From positions 1 through 58,874 of the forward strand of contig JBOHLR010000001.1 in NCBI GenBank assembly GCA_050729555.1: a stretch of 58,874 nucleotides of DNA. Reading direction: 5' to 3'. Made by a program: the position numbers and the translations under genes. Position 1 is the first letter of the stretch. Every line of letters starts with the position of its first letter. The notes under the pieces were generated by a model. That model made no database searches. It was not told the DNA's origin and worked only from the letters and a program-made list of their open reading frames with translations. Shown here piece by piece: positions 1-9,780 of the stretch. The stretch comes from Stellaceae bacterium. Its GTDB lineage: Bacteria > Pseudomonadota > Alphaproteobacteria > ATCC43930 > CGMCC-115725.

Positions 1-71
1 AGGGGATGGTCACGGTGCCTCGCGGCCGACACCATAGAGCCGTCGCCCCGGCCATTTCCACCCCACGCACG

Positions 72-106
72 AAAAAAGAAAGGCCCAGTGTGGGGTCCGG
101 GCCTTC
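72..106 (-). terminator. Rho-independent terminator downstream of the OmpA-family gene
   Basis: On the minus strand a 7-bp stem AAGGCCC/GGGCCTT (80-86 pairs with 99-105) and a 12-nt loop are followed by TCTTTTTT (79-72). It lies about 25 nt after the stop at 131-133. Confidence 0.7.
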
Positions 107-130
107 CTTCGCGCTCCCCCCGTGTGGTGC

Positions 131-1225
131 TTACGGGATGAGGATCTCGACGCGCCGGTTTTGCGGCTCGCGTACGCCGTTGGGCGTCGGTACGCGCGGA
201 TCGGCCTCGCCTTCCCAGGCCACGCCAATGTCGGCATCCGGCACGCCAAGCGCGATCAACGTGCGGCGTACGGTTTCGGCGCGCGCCCGCGACAACGCAA
301 GATTGTAGCGCGGCGAGCCGGACGTATCGGTGTAGCCGGTCAGCTTGATCTGGGTCCTGCCGTTCTGCTGGAACGCGGCAGCCGCGGCGGCGACCACGTC
401 ATGCCCCTGCGGCGTCAGCGCCGCGCTGTTGAGGTTGAAGAAGACGATATAGGTCAGCGGCGCCGGCGGCGGCACTGGAACCGGCTGCACCACGGGCGGC
501 CCGGCTTGCGGATTCGGCTGATAGGCCGGCGGACCCGCCTGCACTTCGGGTGTCGGTTCCGGCACGCCGAAGTACCAGGTCAAGCTGGCGAGCACGTTGT
601 GGCTTTCGTTCTTGAGACCGAGGCGGCCGCCGGACGCGTAAGTGAACGACGGATCGACGGTGGCGAAGTAGCGGTACTCGAGACCGAGCGCCAGATTGGG
701 CAGAACCATGTAGTTGACGCCCACGATCGGCTCATAGGCGAAAACATTGTCGGACGAGTTGGATAACGTCGTGCCGTTGGCGCGCACATTGTCGAGCGAG
801 ACATGCGACATGCCGACGCCGATACCGATATACGGAACGAAGGGCGTGCCGGTGCGCAAATCCCACAGCGCACGGACCATGCCAGACGTGTTCTTGACCG
901 AGCCGCTCGCCGTGGTCGCCGCGACGTTGTTCACGTCGATGCTCTTGATGCCGGAATGGCTGAAATCGAGGCCGAGTTCGAGGCGCAGCTGATCGAACTT
1001 CCAGCCGACCGCGCCACCGACGACATAGCCCTCTTTCTGCTTGGCGGTGACGTTGTCGCCGGTCGTGCTGTGGCCGGTCATGTCGTTCATATGCGACCAG
1101 CCGCCTTCGCCGCGGATGTAGGGGCCATCGGGTCCAGTCCCCGGCGAACCAAAGGTTTGGGCGAAAGCCGGCACGGCCAGCGCACACAGCGCCAAGCTCA
1201 AAGCCGAAGCACGCATGAAATTCAT
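131..1225 (-). CDS. Outer membrane protein with an Omp25/31-like beta-barrel N-domain, a Pro-rich linker and an OmpA-like peptidoglycan-binding C-domain
   Basis: Signal peptide MNFMRASALSLALCALAVPAFAQ. The N-domain has alternating aromatic/hydrophobic beta-strand patterning. Linker is PEPTPEVQAGPPAYQPNPQAGPPVVQPVPVPPPAP. The C-terminus (FNLNSAALTPQG...GYTDTSGSPRYNLALSRARAETV...NRRVEI) is the OmpA_C signature. GGAG lies 6 nt upstream of the ATG. Confidence 0.9.
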   Translation of the reverse strand: MNFMRASALSLALCALAVPAFAQTFGSPGTGPDGPYIRGEGGWSHMNDMTGHSTTGDNVTAKQKEGYVVGGAVGWKFDQLRLELGLDFSHSGIKSIDVNNVAATTASGSVKNTSGMVRALWDLRTGTPFVPYIGIGVGMSHVSLDNVRANGTTLSNSSDNVFAYEPIVGVNYMVLPNLALGLEYRYFATVDPSFTYASGGRLGLKNESHNVLASLTWYFGVPEPTPEVQAGPPAYQPNPQAGPPVVQPVPVPPPAPLTYIVFFNLNSAALTPQGHDVVAAAAAAFQQNGRTQIKLTGYTDTSGSPRYNLALSRARAETVRRTLIALGVPDADIGVAWEGEADPRVPTPNGVREPQNRRVEILIP

Positions 1226-1261
1226 CGCGATCTCCTCACCGAACGCAATTCGGGATGGCGG

Positions 1262-1420
1262 GCGGCGGGATTATTATGGTTAATCCTAAAAACGGCAAGT
1301 ATTTACTTATCTTTAGACTGTAAAAACGCGTTTCTATTGTTTGATTTCTGACGATTTACTTTACAAATATTGCACAGAACTAGATCAATACCCGACAGCG
1401 CGTCAAATCCGCCGACAGCG
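1262..1420. promoter_or_regulatory. AT-rich intergenic region: probable promoter region of the OmpA-family gene and 3' region of mepA, with a direct repeat
   Basis: This stretch is visibly AT-rich (ttattatggttaatcctaaaaacggcaagtatttacttatctttagactgtaaaaa...) in an otherwise GC-rich window. CCGACAGCG occurs twice, at 1392-1400 and 1412-1420, 20 nt apart. I could not identify exact -35/-10 boxes with confidence. Confidence 0.4.
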
Positions 1421-1436
1421 TCCGCACGGGAGTCGG

Positions 1437-2282
1437 CTATTGTGTCAGCGCGGCGCACGCCGCCGGCAACGGTGGCCGTGGCGGCGGCACGGTCGGTGTC
1501 GGCGGCTTGGGCTTGCTCAGCTCCAGGGCCCACCACGCGAAGACCGCCGGATTGCAGCCTTCACCCGCGGCCACAGGCGGCTGCTGGACGCACAAAGGCG
1601 AGCCGGCGGGACATTTCAGGCGGACATGAAAATGCGCCATGTGGCCGTACCAGGGATGGACGCGGGCAAGCCAGCTGCGACCGCCCTCACCCGCACCGCC
1701 ATAGCCGCGGCACAACGCCTGTTTGATTGCCGGATTGACGAAGATGCGATCGACGGCCGGATCGCGTGCCGCCAGCCGCAGCAGCGTCACCTGGCGCGGT
1801 CCGAACCGCGCCGGATCGATCGCGCTCTGATCGGCGAGTACCATCGAAGGTGGCTCCAGGGTCTTGCGCGCCGCAATGGGCAAACCCGGCACCGTGTCGA
1901 GCGTGAACCAAATGTCGACGTCAACGCCGGTCTCGTGCGACACGTGATTGGACGACATCGGTCCGCCGCGCGGCTGGGCCATATCACCGACATAGAAGAC
2001 TGGCAGCCCTGCAACATGCGCCTCGCGTCCAAGCCGCTCGACGAATCCGACGGTCTCCGGATGGCCAAAATAGCGGTGTTCGCCCGGCCGCAGCACTTCG
2101 AACCCCGGCCCGTCCCACGGCAACGTTGCGGCGCCGGCGAGGCAGCCGTTCCACGGCCGGCCGATGACCTGCGGCGGACCTGCCGTCGGCGCCAAGGTCG
2201 GGTTGCTCCACGACGCGGCGCTGATCGGAACGCTCAGCAGCATCCCGATCGTGACGGTCGCAATCGACACGGCAGCGCGCAT
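1437..2282 (-). CDS. mepA: Penicillin-insensitive murein endopeptidase (peptidase M74)
   Basis: Signal peptide MRAAVSIATVTIGMLLSVPISAASW. MepA-type motifs are present: HVSHETGVDVDIWF and GHMAHFHVRLKCP. I moved the start from the ORF-track 2381 to the signal-peptide Met at 2282. Confidence 0.85.
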   Translation of the reverse strand: MRAAVSIATVTIGMLLSVPISAASWSNPTLAPTAGPPQVIGRPWNGCLAGAATLPWDGPGFEVLRPGEHRYFGHPETVGFVERLGREAHVAGLPVFYVGDMAQPRGGPMSSNHVSHETGVDVDIWFTLDTVPGLPIAARKTLEPPSMVLADQSAIDPARFGPRQVTLLRLAARDPAVDRIFVNPAIKQALCRGYGGAGEGGRSWLARVHPWYGHMAHFHVRLKCPAGSPLCVQQPPVAAGEGCNPAVFAWWALELSKPKPPTPTVPPPRPPLPAACAALTQ

Positions 2283-2349
2283 GATGGCCTCTCGGTTCGA
2301 GCTTCGACGTAATCTGGCGTGTGGAACGCAAATGCGCAAAGGAAAGACC

Positions 2350-3093
2350 ATGAATGCATCACCGCAGATTCTGATCGTCACCGGGGGAAGCCGCGGTATC
2401 GGTGCGGCTGTCGCCGTCGGCGCCGCGCGGCGTGGCTACGGCGTTGCGATCAACTACAAGGGCAATCGAAAGCGCGCCGACGCGATTGTGTCGGAAATCG
2501 CCGAGGCCGGCGGTAAGGCGATCGCAGTCCAGGGCGATGTCGCACAGGAACCCGATGTCGAGCGGCTTTTCGTGGAGACCGACAAGGCGCTCGGCCGCGT
2601 CACGGTGCTGGTCAACAACGCCGGCATTCTCGGTCCGCTCGGTCGGATCGATACGGTTCCCGGTCCCGGGCTTTTCGAACTCTTTGCGATCAATGTCTTC
2701 GGCGCAATGTTGTGCGCGCGGGAAGCCGTAAAGCGCATGTCAACCAAACGCGGCGGCAAGGGTGGCGCGATCGTCAACGTGTCTTCGGCGTTGGCGCGGC
2801 TCGGCGGCGCCGGCGAGACCGTGCCCTATGCGGCGACCAAAGGCGCAATCGAAACCTTCACGTTCGGTCTTGCCCAGGAAGTGGTGGAAGAAGGTATCCG
2901 CGTGAACGCCGTCGCGCCCGGTGTCGTCGACACCGAGATTCACCCGGCTGGCCGAATGACCCGCCTTGGTCCGGCTTTGCCGATGAAACGTCCCGGCCAG
3001 CCGGATGAAGTCGCGAACGCGATCCTCTGGCTGCTATCGCCCGAAGCGTCTTACGTTTCGGGCGCGATCCTCGGCGTCTCGGGCGCTCGCTAG
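2350..3093 (+). CDS. SDR-family oxidoreductase
   Basis: Contains TGGSRGIGAAVA (TGxxxGIG Rossmann motif), NNAG, and the YAATKGAI catalytic YxxxK. Start reset to MNASPQILIVTGG at 2350. Confidence 0.9.
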   Translation: MNASPQILIVTGGSRGIGAAVAVGAARRGYGVAINYKGNRKRADAIVSEIAEAGGKAIAVQGDVAQEPDVERLFVETDKALGRVTVLVNNAGILGPLGRIDTVPGPGLFELFAINVFGAMLCAREAVKRMSTKRGGKGGAIVNVSSALARLGGAGETVPYAATKGAIETFTFGLAQEVVEEGIRVNAVAPGVVDTEIHPAGRMTRLGPALPMKRPGQPDEVANAILWLLSPEASYVSGAILGVSGAR

Positions 3094-4247
3094 GCGGGCC
3101 GCTCGCGCCAGAAACGCAGCACGATCGCCGCCAAGATCAACAGCATCGCGACGACAATGGCGACGCATCCCGGCCAACCGGCGCGGTCCCACGCATAACC
3201 CGGCAATACCGCGCCGAGACTGCCACCGACATAATAGCAGGTGACGTACAGGCCGACCGCCGACGAGCGCGCACGCTGTACCGAAACCGCCACCGACGCG
3301 GTTGCGGACGTTTGTACGATGAAGCCGCAACCGGCGCCGATCGCCAGGCCCGCGATGATCACCGTCAGGCTGCCGGTCAAGGTCAGCAGCAAGCCGCAGA
3401 TCCAGATGCCGAGCACACCGAGCACCAGACGGCGACGGCCGAAGCGCCGTACCAGCCGTCCCGTGAGCGGTGTCGTCGCCACGCCGACCAGATAGACGAC
3501 GAAGATCGTGCCGAGCGCGGCAGCCGACAGATCGAACGGCGGCGCCGCAAGATGGAAATTCACGTAGGTGAAGGTGGCAACGAACGAGAACAAGACGCCG
3601 AAACCAACGGCGAAGATCGCGTCGAGCCGTGGATCGAGGATGTGGTTGACGATGTGCCGTAGGGCGTGTACCGGACCGGCGCTGGCGACGAATTGACGCT
3701 CGCGGGGCATCAAGACAATGACGCCGGCCGCTGCTACTGCAGTCAAAACGGCAAGACCCAGGAACGCGCCACGCGTGCCGTAAGGCCCGACCAGAATGCC
3801 GCAGAGGAATCGGCCGAAGAAACCGCCGAAGCAGCTGCCCGACAAATAGATGCCGGCGACGCCGGTCGCTTGTGCGGCCGGCACCTCGTCGCCGATATAA
3901 GCGACGGTAACGACGAAGATCGGCGGCAGCAGCAAACCCTGGACGAAGCGCCAAAACACCATCGCCGATAGCGTGGTCGACAGCGCGATCAACACCGTCG
4001 GCACGATCAGTGCGATCATAGCGGTGACGATCACACGCTTACGGCCGATCAGGTCAGCGCCGGCGCCGGTGAATGGCGCGATGATCGCGACCGCCAAGGT
4101 GGTGGCGCTGATCATGTGACTGGCCGCGCCCGCATCGACTCCGTAGAGGGTACGGATGGTCGGCAGGATCGATTGCGGCGCGTACAGATCAACGAAGCTG
4201 CAGAAACCAGCGAGCCAGACGGCGGCTGCCCGGGCGGTCGCGGTCAT
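3090..4247 (-). CDS. MFS transporter
   Basis: 385 aa with about 12 hydrophobic helices and MFS-like loop motifs ([21 protein letters not shown]). Substrate is unknown. Confidence 0.8.
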   Translation of the reverse strand: MTATARAAAVWLAGFCSFVDLYAPQSILPTIRTLYGVDAGAASHMISATTLAVAIIAPFTGAGADLIGRKRVIVTAMIALIVPTVLIALSTTLSAMVFWRFVQGLLLPPIFVVTVAYIGDEVPAAQATGVAGIYLSGSCFGGFFGRFLCGILVGPYGTRGAFLGLAVLTAVAAAGVIVLMPRERQFVASAGPVHALRHIVNHILDPRLDAIFAVGFGVLFSFVATFTYVNFHLAAPPFDLSAAALGTIFVVYLVGVATTPLTGRLVRRFGRRRLVLGVLGIWICGLLLTLTGSLTVIIAGLAIGAGCGFIVQTSATASVAVSVQRARSSAVGLYVTCYYVGGSLGAVLPGYAWDRAGWPGCVAIVVAMLLILAAIVLRFWRERPA

Positions 4248-4308
4248 TGCCGCAGTCTACCATGGCCGGGCTTTTCATCGTCGCCGTCCTGGCGTAGAAA
4301 GCGCGCGA

Positions 4309-5369
<1,061 letters not shown>

Positions 5370-5382
<13 letters not shown>

Positions 5383-6014
5383 GGACCGGCGTACTGATCT
5401 CGGGCCGCGGCTCCAATCTCCAGGCGCTGATCGATGCCTGTGCGGCGCGCGACTATCCGGCCGAGATCGTTCTGGTCATCGCCAATCGCGCCGACGCCGC
5501 GGGCCTCGAGCGCGGCGCGCACGCTAAAATTCCGACGCGCGTCGTCGCACACCGCGACTTCGCGGAGCGCGCGGCGTTCGACACTGCGCTCGACGCCGCG
5601 CTCAAAGAGGCGCGCGTCGAACTCGTCTGCCTCGCCGGCTTCATGCGGGTTCTCGGCGCCAACTTCATCGACGCCTGGCGCGACCGTATGATCAATATCC
5701 ATCCGTCGCTGCTGCCTGAATTCCCCGGCCTCGATACGCACGCCCGCGCACTCGCGGCGGGCGCCAAGCGCCACGGCTGCACCGTCCATTTCGTGCGTAA
5801 TGAAGTCGACAGTGGACCGATCATCGTGCAGGGCTCGGTACCGGTGTTGCCGGGCGACAACGCCGATAAATTGGCGGCGCGCGTGCTGGCGCTCGAACAC
5901 CGTGCTTATCCGCTCGCGCTGCGTCTGGTCGCCGACGGCCGTGTTCGCGTGCGGGGCGCCAGTGTCGAGATCGACGGCCGGCCGGGTCCGGTGCGTCTCG
6001 ACGCCACAGCCTGA
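5370..6014 (+). CDS. purN: Phosphoribosylglycinamide formyltransferase
   Basis: Contains [25 protein letters not shown] and [19 protein letters not shown] start overlaps the purM 3' end by 13 nt. Confidence 0.93.
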
Positions 6015-6016
6015 CC

Positions 6017-7150
6017 GTGCGCTCTTTCCTCCTCCCGGCGGCGTTTTGGCTGGCTATCGGCCTGGTCCAAATCTTCAACTGGAACGAGGCCGGGCCGTGG
6101 AAGGCGCTGGTCCTGCTCGCCTTGTTGGCTTACGCGCCGATCATGCTGCGCGCGTTGCGCGAACCGCACGCCGAGACGCCCGTACCGAGGGCCGTGATTG
6201 GGCTCGTCGCTGCACTGGCGGCGATCGAACTCGTTTACGGTGGGGTGCGGTTCGTTCATCCCCGCCTGATCGACATGGCGACAACGACTCTCGCGGCCGG
6301 CCACGCCATGCTGGCCGGACAGAATCCATATACATTACCGATCGATCCCGAAATTGGTGGCGCGTTCGCCGGCTACAAATATCTGCCCGTGATGCCCGCA
6401 ATTTACCTCCCGCTCGGGTTGGCGCTCGGCGCGCGTGGCGTCCTGGTCACGAACCTGCTGCTCCAAGCCGTGACGGTCGCGCTGATGCTGCACCTCGGAC
6501 GGCGCGCCGGCGGATCCCGCGTCGGTTTCGTCACCAGCGCGCTGTATCTGTCGCTGCCGCTCGTGGCGCAGCAGCTGCTCGCCAAGGGCACGACCGATCT
6601 GGCGGCGGTCGTGCCGCTTCTGCTTGCCTTTGTCGCGTTCGAGCGCAGCGATTTCCTATCGGGCCTCTGCGTCGGCCTGTCGGTCGCAGCCAAGCTGTTT
6701 CCCGGCGTGGTGTTCGCGCCGTGTCTACTGCCGCCCGGCGCCGGCGCACGGGTGCGCTACGGTCTCGGCATCCTATGCGGTATGCTGCCGATGCTGCCTT
6801 ACGCTCTCGCCGCGCCCGGCGCGTTCTACGACAACGTCATCCTGTTCAACGCCATCCGCCCGCCGGACAGCACCAGTTGGCTCGCTTTCGCGCCCGACGG
6901 CGCGGCGCTCGTCGCGCGGTCGATCTTCGTGGCGCTGGCATTTGCCGTCGCGGTCCATGTCTGGCGGCGCGCGCCGGATATGACCGCGCGGTGCGCCTTG
7001 TCGGCGGCGCTGACCCTGGCGGTCATTCTGGCGGCGCCGACGGCGCACCACAATTACCAGCTCTGGTGGCTGCCGTTCTATGCACTGGCCCTGGGTGCGA
7101 CGCTGACGCAACCCCTCGGGGGTTTGCAAAAACCGGCGGCCGCGCTATAG
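6017..7150 (+). CDS. Polytopic membrane protein, GT87/DUF2029-like (possible GT-C-fold glycosyltransferase)
   Basis: 377 aa with about 10 hydrophobic segments. The loop AGHAMLAGQNPYTLP...AGYKYLPVMPAIYLP resembles the DUF2029/GT87 signature as I recall it. No search was possible to confirm this. Confidence 0.5.
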   Translation: MRSFLLPAAFWLAIGLVQIFNWNEAGPWKALVLLALLAYAPIMLRALREPHAETPVPRAVIGLVAALAAIELVYGGVRFVHPRLIDMATTTLAAGHAMLAGQNPYTLPIDPEIGGAFAGYKYLPVMPAIYLPLGLALGARGVLVTNLLLQAVTVALMLHLGRRAGGSRVGFVTSALYLSLPLVAQQLLAKGTTDLAAVVPLLLAFVAFERSDFLSGLCVGLSVAAKLFPGVVFAPCLLPPGAGARVRYGLGILCGMLPMLPYALAAPGAFYDNVILFNAIRPPDSTSWLAFAPDGAALVARSIFVALAFAVAVHVWRRAPDMTARCALSAALTLAVILAAPTAHHNYQLWWLPFYALALGATLTQPLGGLQKPAAAL

Positions 7151-7180
7151 GTTGCCCAGTTTCCAGTTCAGGGGCGTTTG

Positions 7181-7300
7181 ATGAGCACGTTCGATCTGCA
7201 ACCGCATCGTGAGACTTGGCTCGGGTTCGCGCGGCTGCTTCGTTGGGCAATCGGGACGATCGTCGTCGTCCTCGTGCTGCTTGCCTATTTCCTGGTCTAA
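7181..7300 (+). CDS. Small (39 aa) single-pass membrane protein, aa3-type cytochrome c oxidase subunit IV-like (COX4_pro_2)
   Basis: It is not in the ORF track because it is under 60 aa. Translation is [39 protein letters not shown]. The pattern (H..T[WF].GF.R...W + TM helix) matches bacterial aa3 subunit IV. AGGGG lies 6 nt upstream of the ATG. Its TAA stop (7298-7300) overlaps the ndk stop (7297-7299). Confidence 0.6.
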   Translation: MSTFDLQPHRETWLGFARLLRWAIGTIVVVLVLLAYFLV

Positions 7301-7707
7301 AGCTCGGGAAAGAAGAAGGCGATTTCGCGCTTCGCGGTCTCGGTCGAATCCGAGCCGTGGACCGAATTGGCCTCGATCGATTCGGCGAAATCCTTGCGGA
7401 TCGTGTCCGGCGCCGCTTTGCTCGGGTCCGTGGCGCCCATGATCTCGCGATTGAGCGCGACCGCGTTGTCGCCTTCGAGCACCTGGACCACGACCGGCCC
7501 CGAAATCATGAACGCAACGAGGCTGCCGAAAAACGGCCGCTCCTTGTGCACGTCATAGAAGCCCTCGGCCTGCGCGCGCGACAATTGCATCGGCTTTTGC
7601 GCGACGATCTTGAGGCCGCGCGCAGTGAAGCGGGCATTGATTTTGTCTGTCAGTTTGCGGCGCGTCGCGTCGGGCTTGATGATCGAAAGCGTGCGTTCCT
7701 TGGCCAT
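7297..7707 (-). CDS. ndk: Nucleoside-diphosphate kinase
   Basis: Contains [21 protein letters not shown] and NSVHGSDS (active-site His). Confidence 0.97.
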   Translation of the reverse strand: MAKERTLSIIKPDATRRKLTDKINARFTARGLKIVAQKPMQLSRAQAEGFYDVHKERPFFGSLVAFMISGPVVVQVLEGDNAVALNREIMGATDPSKAAPDTIRKDFAESIEANSVHGSDSTETAKREIAFFFPEL

Positions 7708-7767
7708 GGGCCGAGCCTCTTTGGTGGCGTAAAAGTCGCGGGTTTATAGCGGGACCGGCGGGCGGCT

Positions 7768-8220
7768 TCAACCCGCGCCGACCTGTTCCCAGCCCTTTTC
7801 GGTCTGCTGCCAATAGGTCAGGGCATGGCCGGCGGCCTTGGCCTGCTGCCAGCGTCCGCGCGCCGAACTCACTGCGGCTTCGTCGTTGCCGTCGAAGACG
7901 TCGAGCACGCGCTTGTAGCGGTCGACATGCTGCGACGTCGCGCCATCGACCAGCACCAGCATGTCAGCGTTGTTGGGATTCTCATCATCGACGGTGAGCC
8001 AGATCGGCTGTTGCGCGGCATTGCCATCCTTCGCCGAACCGTGCGGCAGGAAGGCGGCGTCGCCATAGGTCCACAGCAAGGCGTTGAGATGGTCGACGCG
8101 CTCGGCTGAGCCGGCGATCAACACGACACGATAGCCGCCGGCAAAGGCTTTTTCGAGCAGCTGTGGCAAAGCGCGATCGAGCGTCAGGCTCCGCAGGTGA
8201 TAGAAGCCGATCTCCGTCAC
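7768..8220 (-). CDS. holC: DNA polymerase III subunit chi
   Basis: The sequence EIGFYHL...ALPQLLEKA...GYRVVLIAGS.ERVDHLNALLWTY...FLPHG is chi-like. The GTG start at 8220 overlaps the pepA TGA (GTGA), matching the conserved pepA-holC operon. The ORF-track start at 8325 is rejected. Confidence 0.85.
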   Translation of the reverse strand: MTEIGFYHLRSLTLDRALPQLLEKAFAGGYRVVLIAGSAERVDHLNALLWTYGDAAFLPHGSAKDGNAAQQPIWLTVDDENPNNADMLVLVDGATSQHVDRYKRVLDVFDGNDEAAVSSARGRWQQAKAAGHALTYWQQTEKGWEQVGAG

Positions 8221-9713
8221 TTGCCGTCGCGAACCTCGTAATTGTCGCGCACGAACCGGTTCAACAGGCGTACGCCGTACCCGGTCGCGCCTTTCGGCAC
8301 CGTCGGCTTGTCCTTGTTCGCCCACGCCGTGCCGGCGATGTCGAGATGCGCCCAGGGCACCTTGTTGACGAAGCGTTCGAGGAAGGTTGCGGCGGTGACG
8401 CTGCCGGCGTCGCGGCCGCCGCTGATGTTCTTAACGTCGGCGGCGTCGCTATCCATCATCTTGTTGTAGGCGTCGCCCAACGGCATGCGCCACAAGGCCT
8501 CGCCGGTCGCCTTGCCCGCCGCAGTCAATTGTTCGGCGAGCTTATCGTCGTTGCTGTAGAGACCGGCATGCTCGTGCCCGAGCGCGATGATGATCGCGCC
8601 CGTCAGCGTCGCGAGATCGATCATCGCCCGCGGCTTGAAGCGATCCTGGCAGTACCAGAGCGCATCGGCCAGAACCAAGCGCCCTTCGGCGTCGGTGTTG
8701 AGAACCTCGATGGTCTGCCCCGACATCGATTTGACGATGTCGCCCGGACGCTGCGCCGTGCCCGAGGGCATGTTCTCGGCGAGCGCCCCGATACCGACGA
8801 CGTTGACCCTGGCCTTGCGTCCGGCCAGTGCCTTCATCAGGCCGATAACCGCGCCGGCGCCGCCCATGTCCCATTTCATGTCTTCCATGCCGGCGGACGG
8901 CTTGATCGAGATGCCGCCGGTGTCGAAGGTGATGCCCTTGCCGACAAAGGCGACCGGCACCTGTTTCTTGTCGTCGGCGCCGTGCCACTGCATCACCAGC
9001 AGCCGCGGCGGCCGCGCGCTTCCCTGCCCGACGCCGAGCAACGCGCCCATGCCGAGCGCTGCCATCTTCTTCTCGTCGAGAATTTCGACCGTGACACCGA
9101 GCTCGGTCAGCGTCTTGGCGCGCTCGGCGAGCGTTTCCGGATAGATCACGTTGGCCGGCTCGGAAACCAGGTCGCGGGTGAAGAACACGCCGTCCGTGAT
9201 CCGATCGAGCGGCGTAAAGCGGCGACGCGCGGCATTAACGTCCTCAACGAGGATCGACAAGGTCTTGAGCGACGGTTTCTGTTCCGGCTTTTCCTTGGTG
9301 CGGTATTTGTCGAAGCGGTAAGAGCGCAGTCGCGCGCCATAGGCGAGGTGCGCGGCAATTTCGGCAGCACGGTCGCCGGCCTCGATCAGCACCGCCGCTT
9401 CGCTTTCGCCCGCGCCATTGAGCGCCGCCAGGATGACGCCGCCACAACGTTGCCACAGCGCGCGATCCGCGGGATCGGCGTTGCCGGTCCCGACCAGCAG
9501 CACGCGCACCACGCCGAGTTTGGCCGGCGCCAGAATCGCCAGCGCCTCTTCCGCCTTGCCTTTGAAGCGAGACGCACCCAGCGCGCGACTCAAGGCCTTT
9601 CCGCTGCGGCGATCGAGTTGCGTTCCCTGAGGCGACAGTTTGCGTCCATCCGCGACGAAAAGGACGAGCGTTCCAGTCCGGGGCAAACGGGGTGACATGA
9701 ATTTGATTTTCAT
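8217..9713 (-). CDS. pepA: Leucyl aminopeptidase (M17)
   Basis: Contains VGKGITFDTGGISIKP, NTDAEGRLVLADAL and HLDIAGTAW. Start reset to MKIKFMSP at 9713, with GAGGA 6 nt upstream. Confidence 0.95.
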   Translation of the reverse strand: MKIKFMSPRLPRTGTLVLFVADGRKLSPQGTQLDRRSGKALSRALGASRFKGKAEEALAILAPAKLGVVRVLLVGTGNADPADRALWQRCGGVILAALNGAGESEAAVLIEAGDRAAEIAAHLAYGARLRSYRFDKYRTKEKPEQKPSLKTLSILVEDVNAARRRFTPLDRITDGVFFTRDLVSEPANVIYPETLAERAKTLTELGVTVEILDEKKMAALGMGALLGVGQGSARPPRLLVMQWHGADDKKQVPVAFVGKGITFDTGGISIKPSAGMEDMKWDMGGAGAVIGLMKALAGRKARVNVVGIGALAENMPSGTAQRPGDIVKSMSGQTIEVLNTDAEGRLVLADALWYCQDRFKPRAMIDLATLTGAIIIALGHEHAGLYSNDDKLAEQLTAAGKATGEALWRMPLGDAYNKMMDSDAADVKNISGGRDAGSVTAATFLERFVNKVPWAHLDIAGTAWANKDKPTVPKGATGYGVRLLNRFVRDNYEVRDGK

Positions 9714-9746
9714 TGGCAATCCTCGATGCAATACCGCGAAACATCG

Positions 9747-9775
9747 ATAGAGCGTTGAAAACCCTGATGTGTCAA
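9747..9775 (-). promoter_or_regulatory. Candidate sigma70-type promoter in front of pepA
   Basis: On the minus strand there is a perfect TTGACA (9775-9770), a 17-nt spacer, and a weak -10 CTCTAT (9752-9747). Confidence 0.25.
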
Positions 9776-9780
9776 CCGGC

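Noticed and set aside
5800-7212. 470-aa ORF on the plus strand overlapping purN and the GT87-like gene in another frame
   Set aside because: The translation is extremely Arg-rich (runs such as RRGARRA). The other frames give a canonical PurN and a coherent membrane protein.
8163-9695. 510-aa ORF antisense to pepA
   Set aside because: pepA on the opposite strand carries the M17 signature NTDAEGRL. The antisense product has no motifs and skewed composition.
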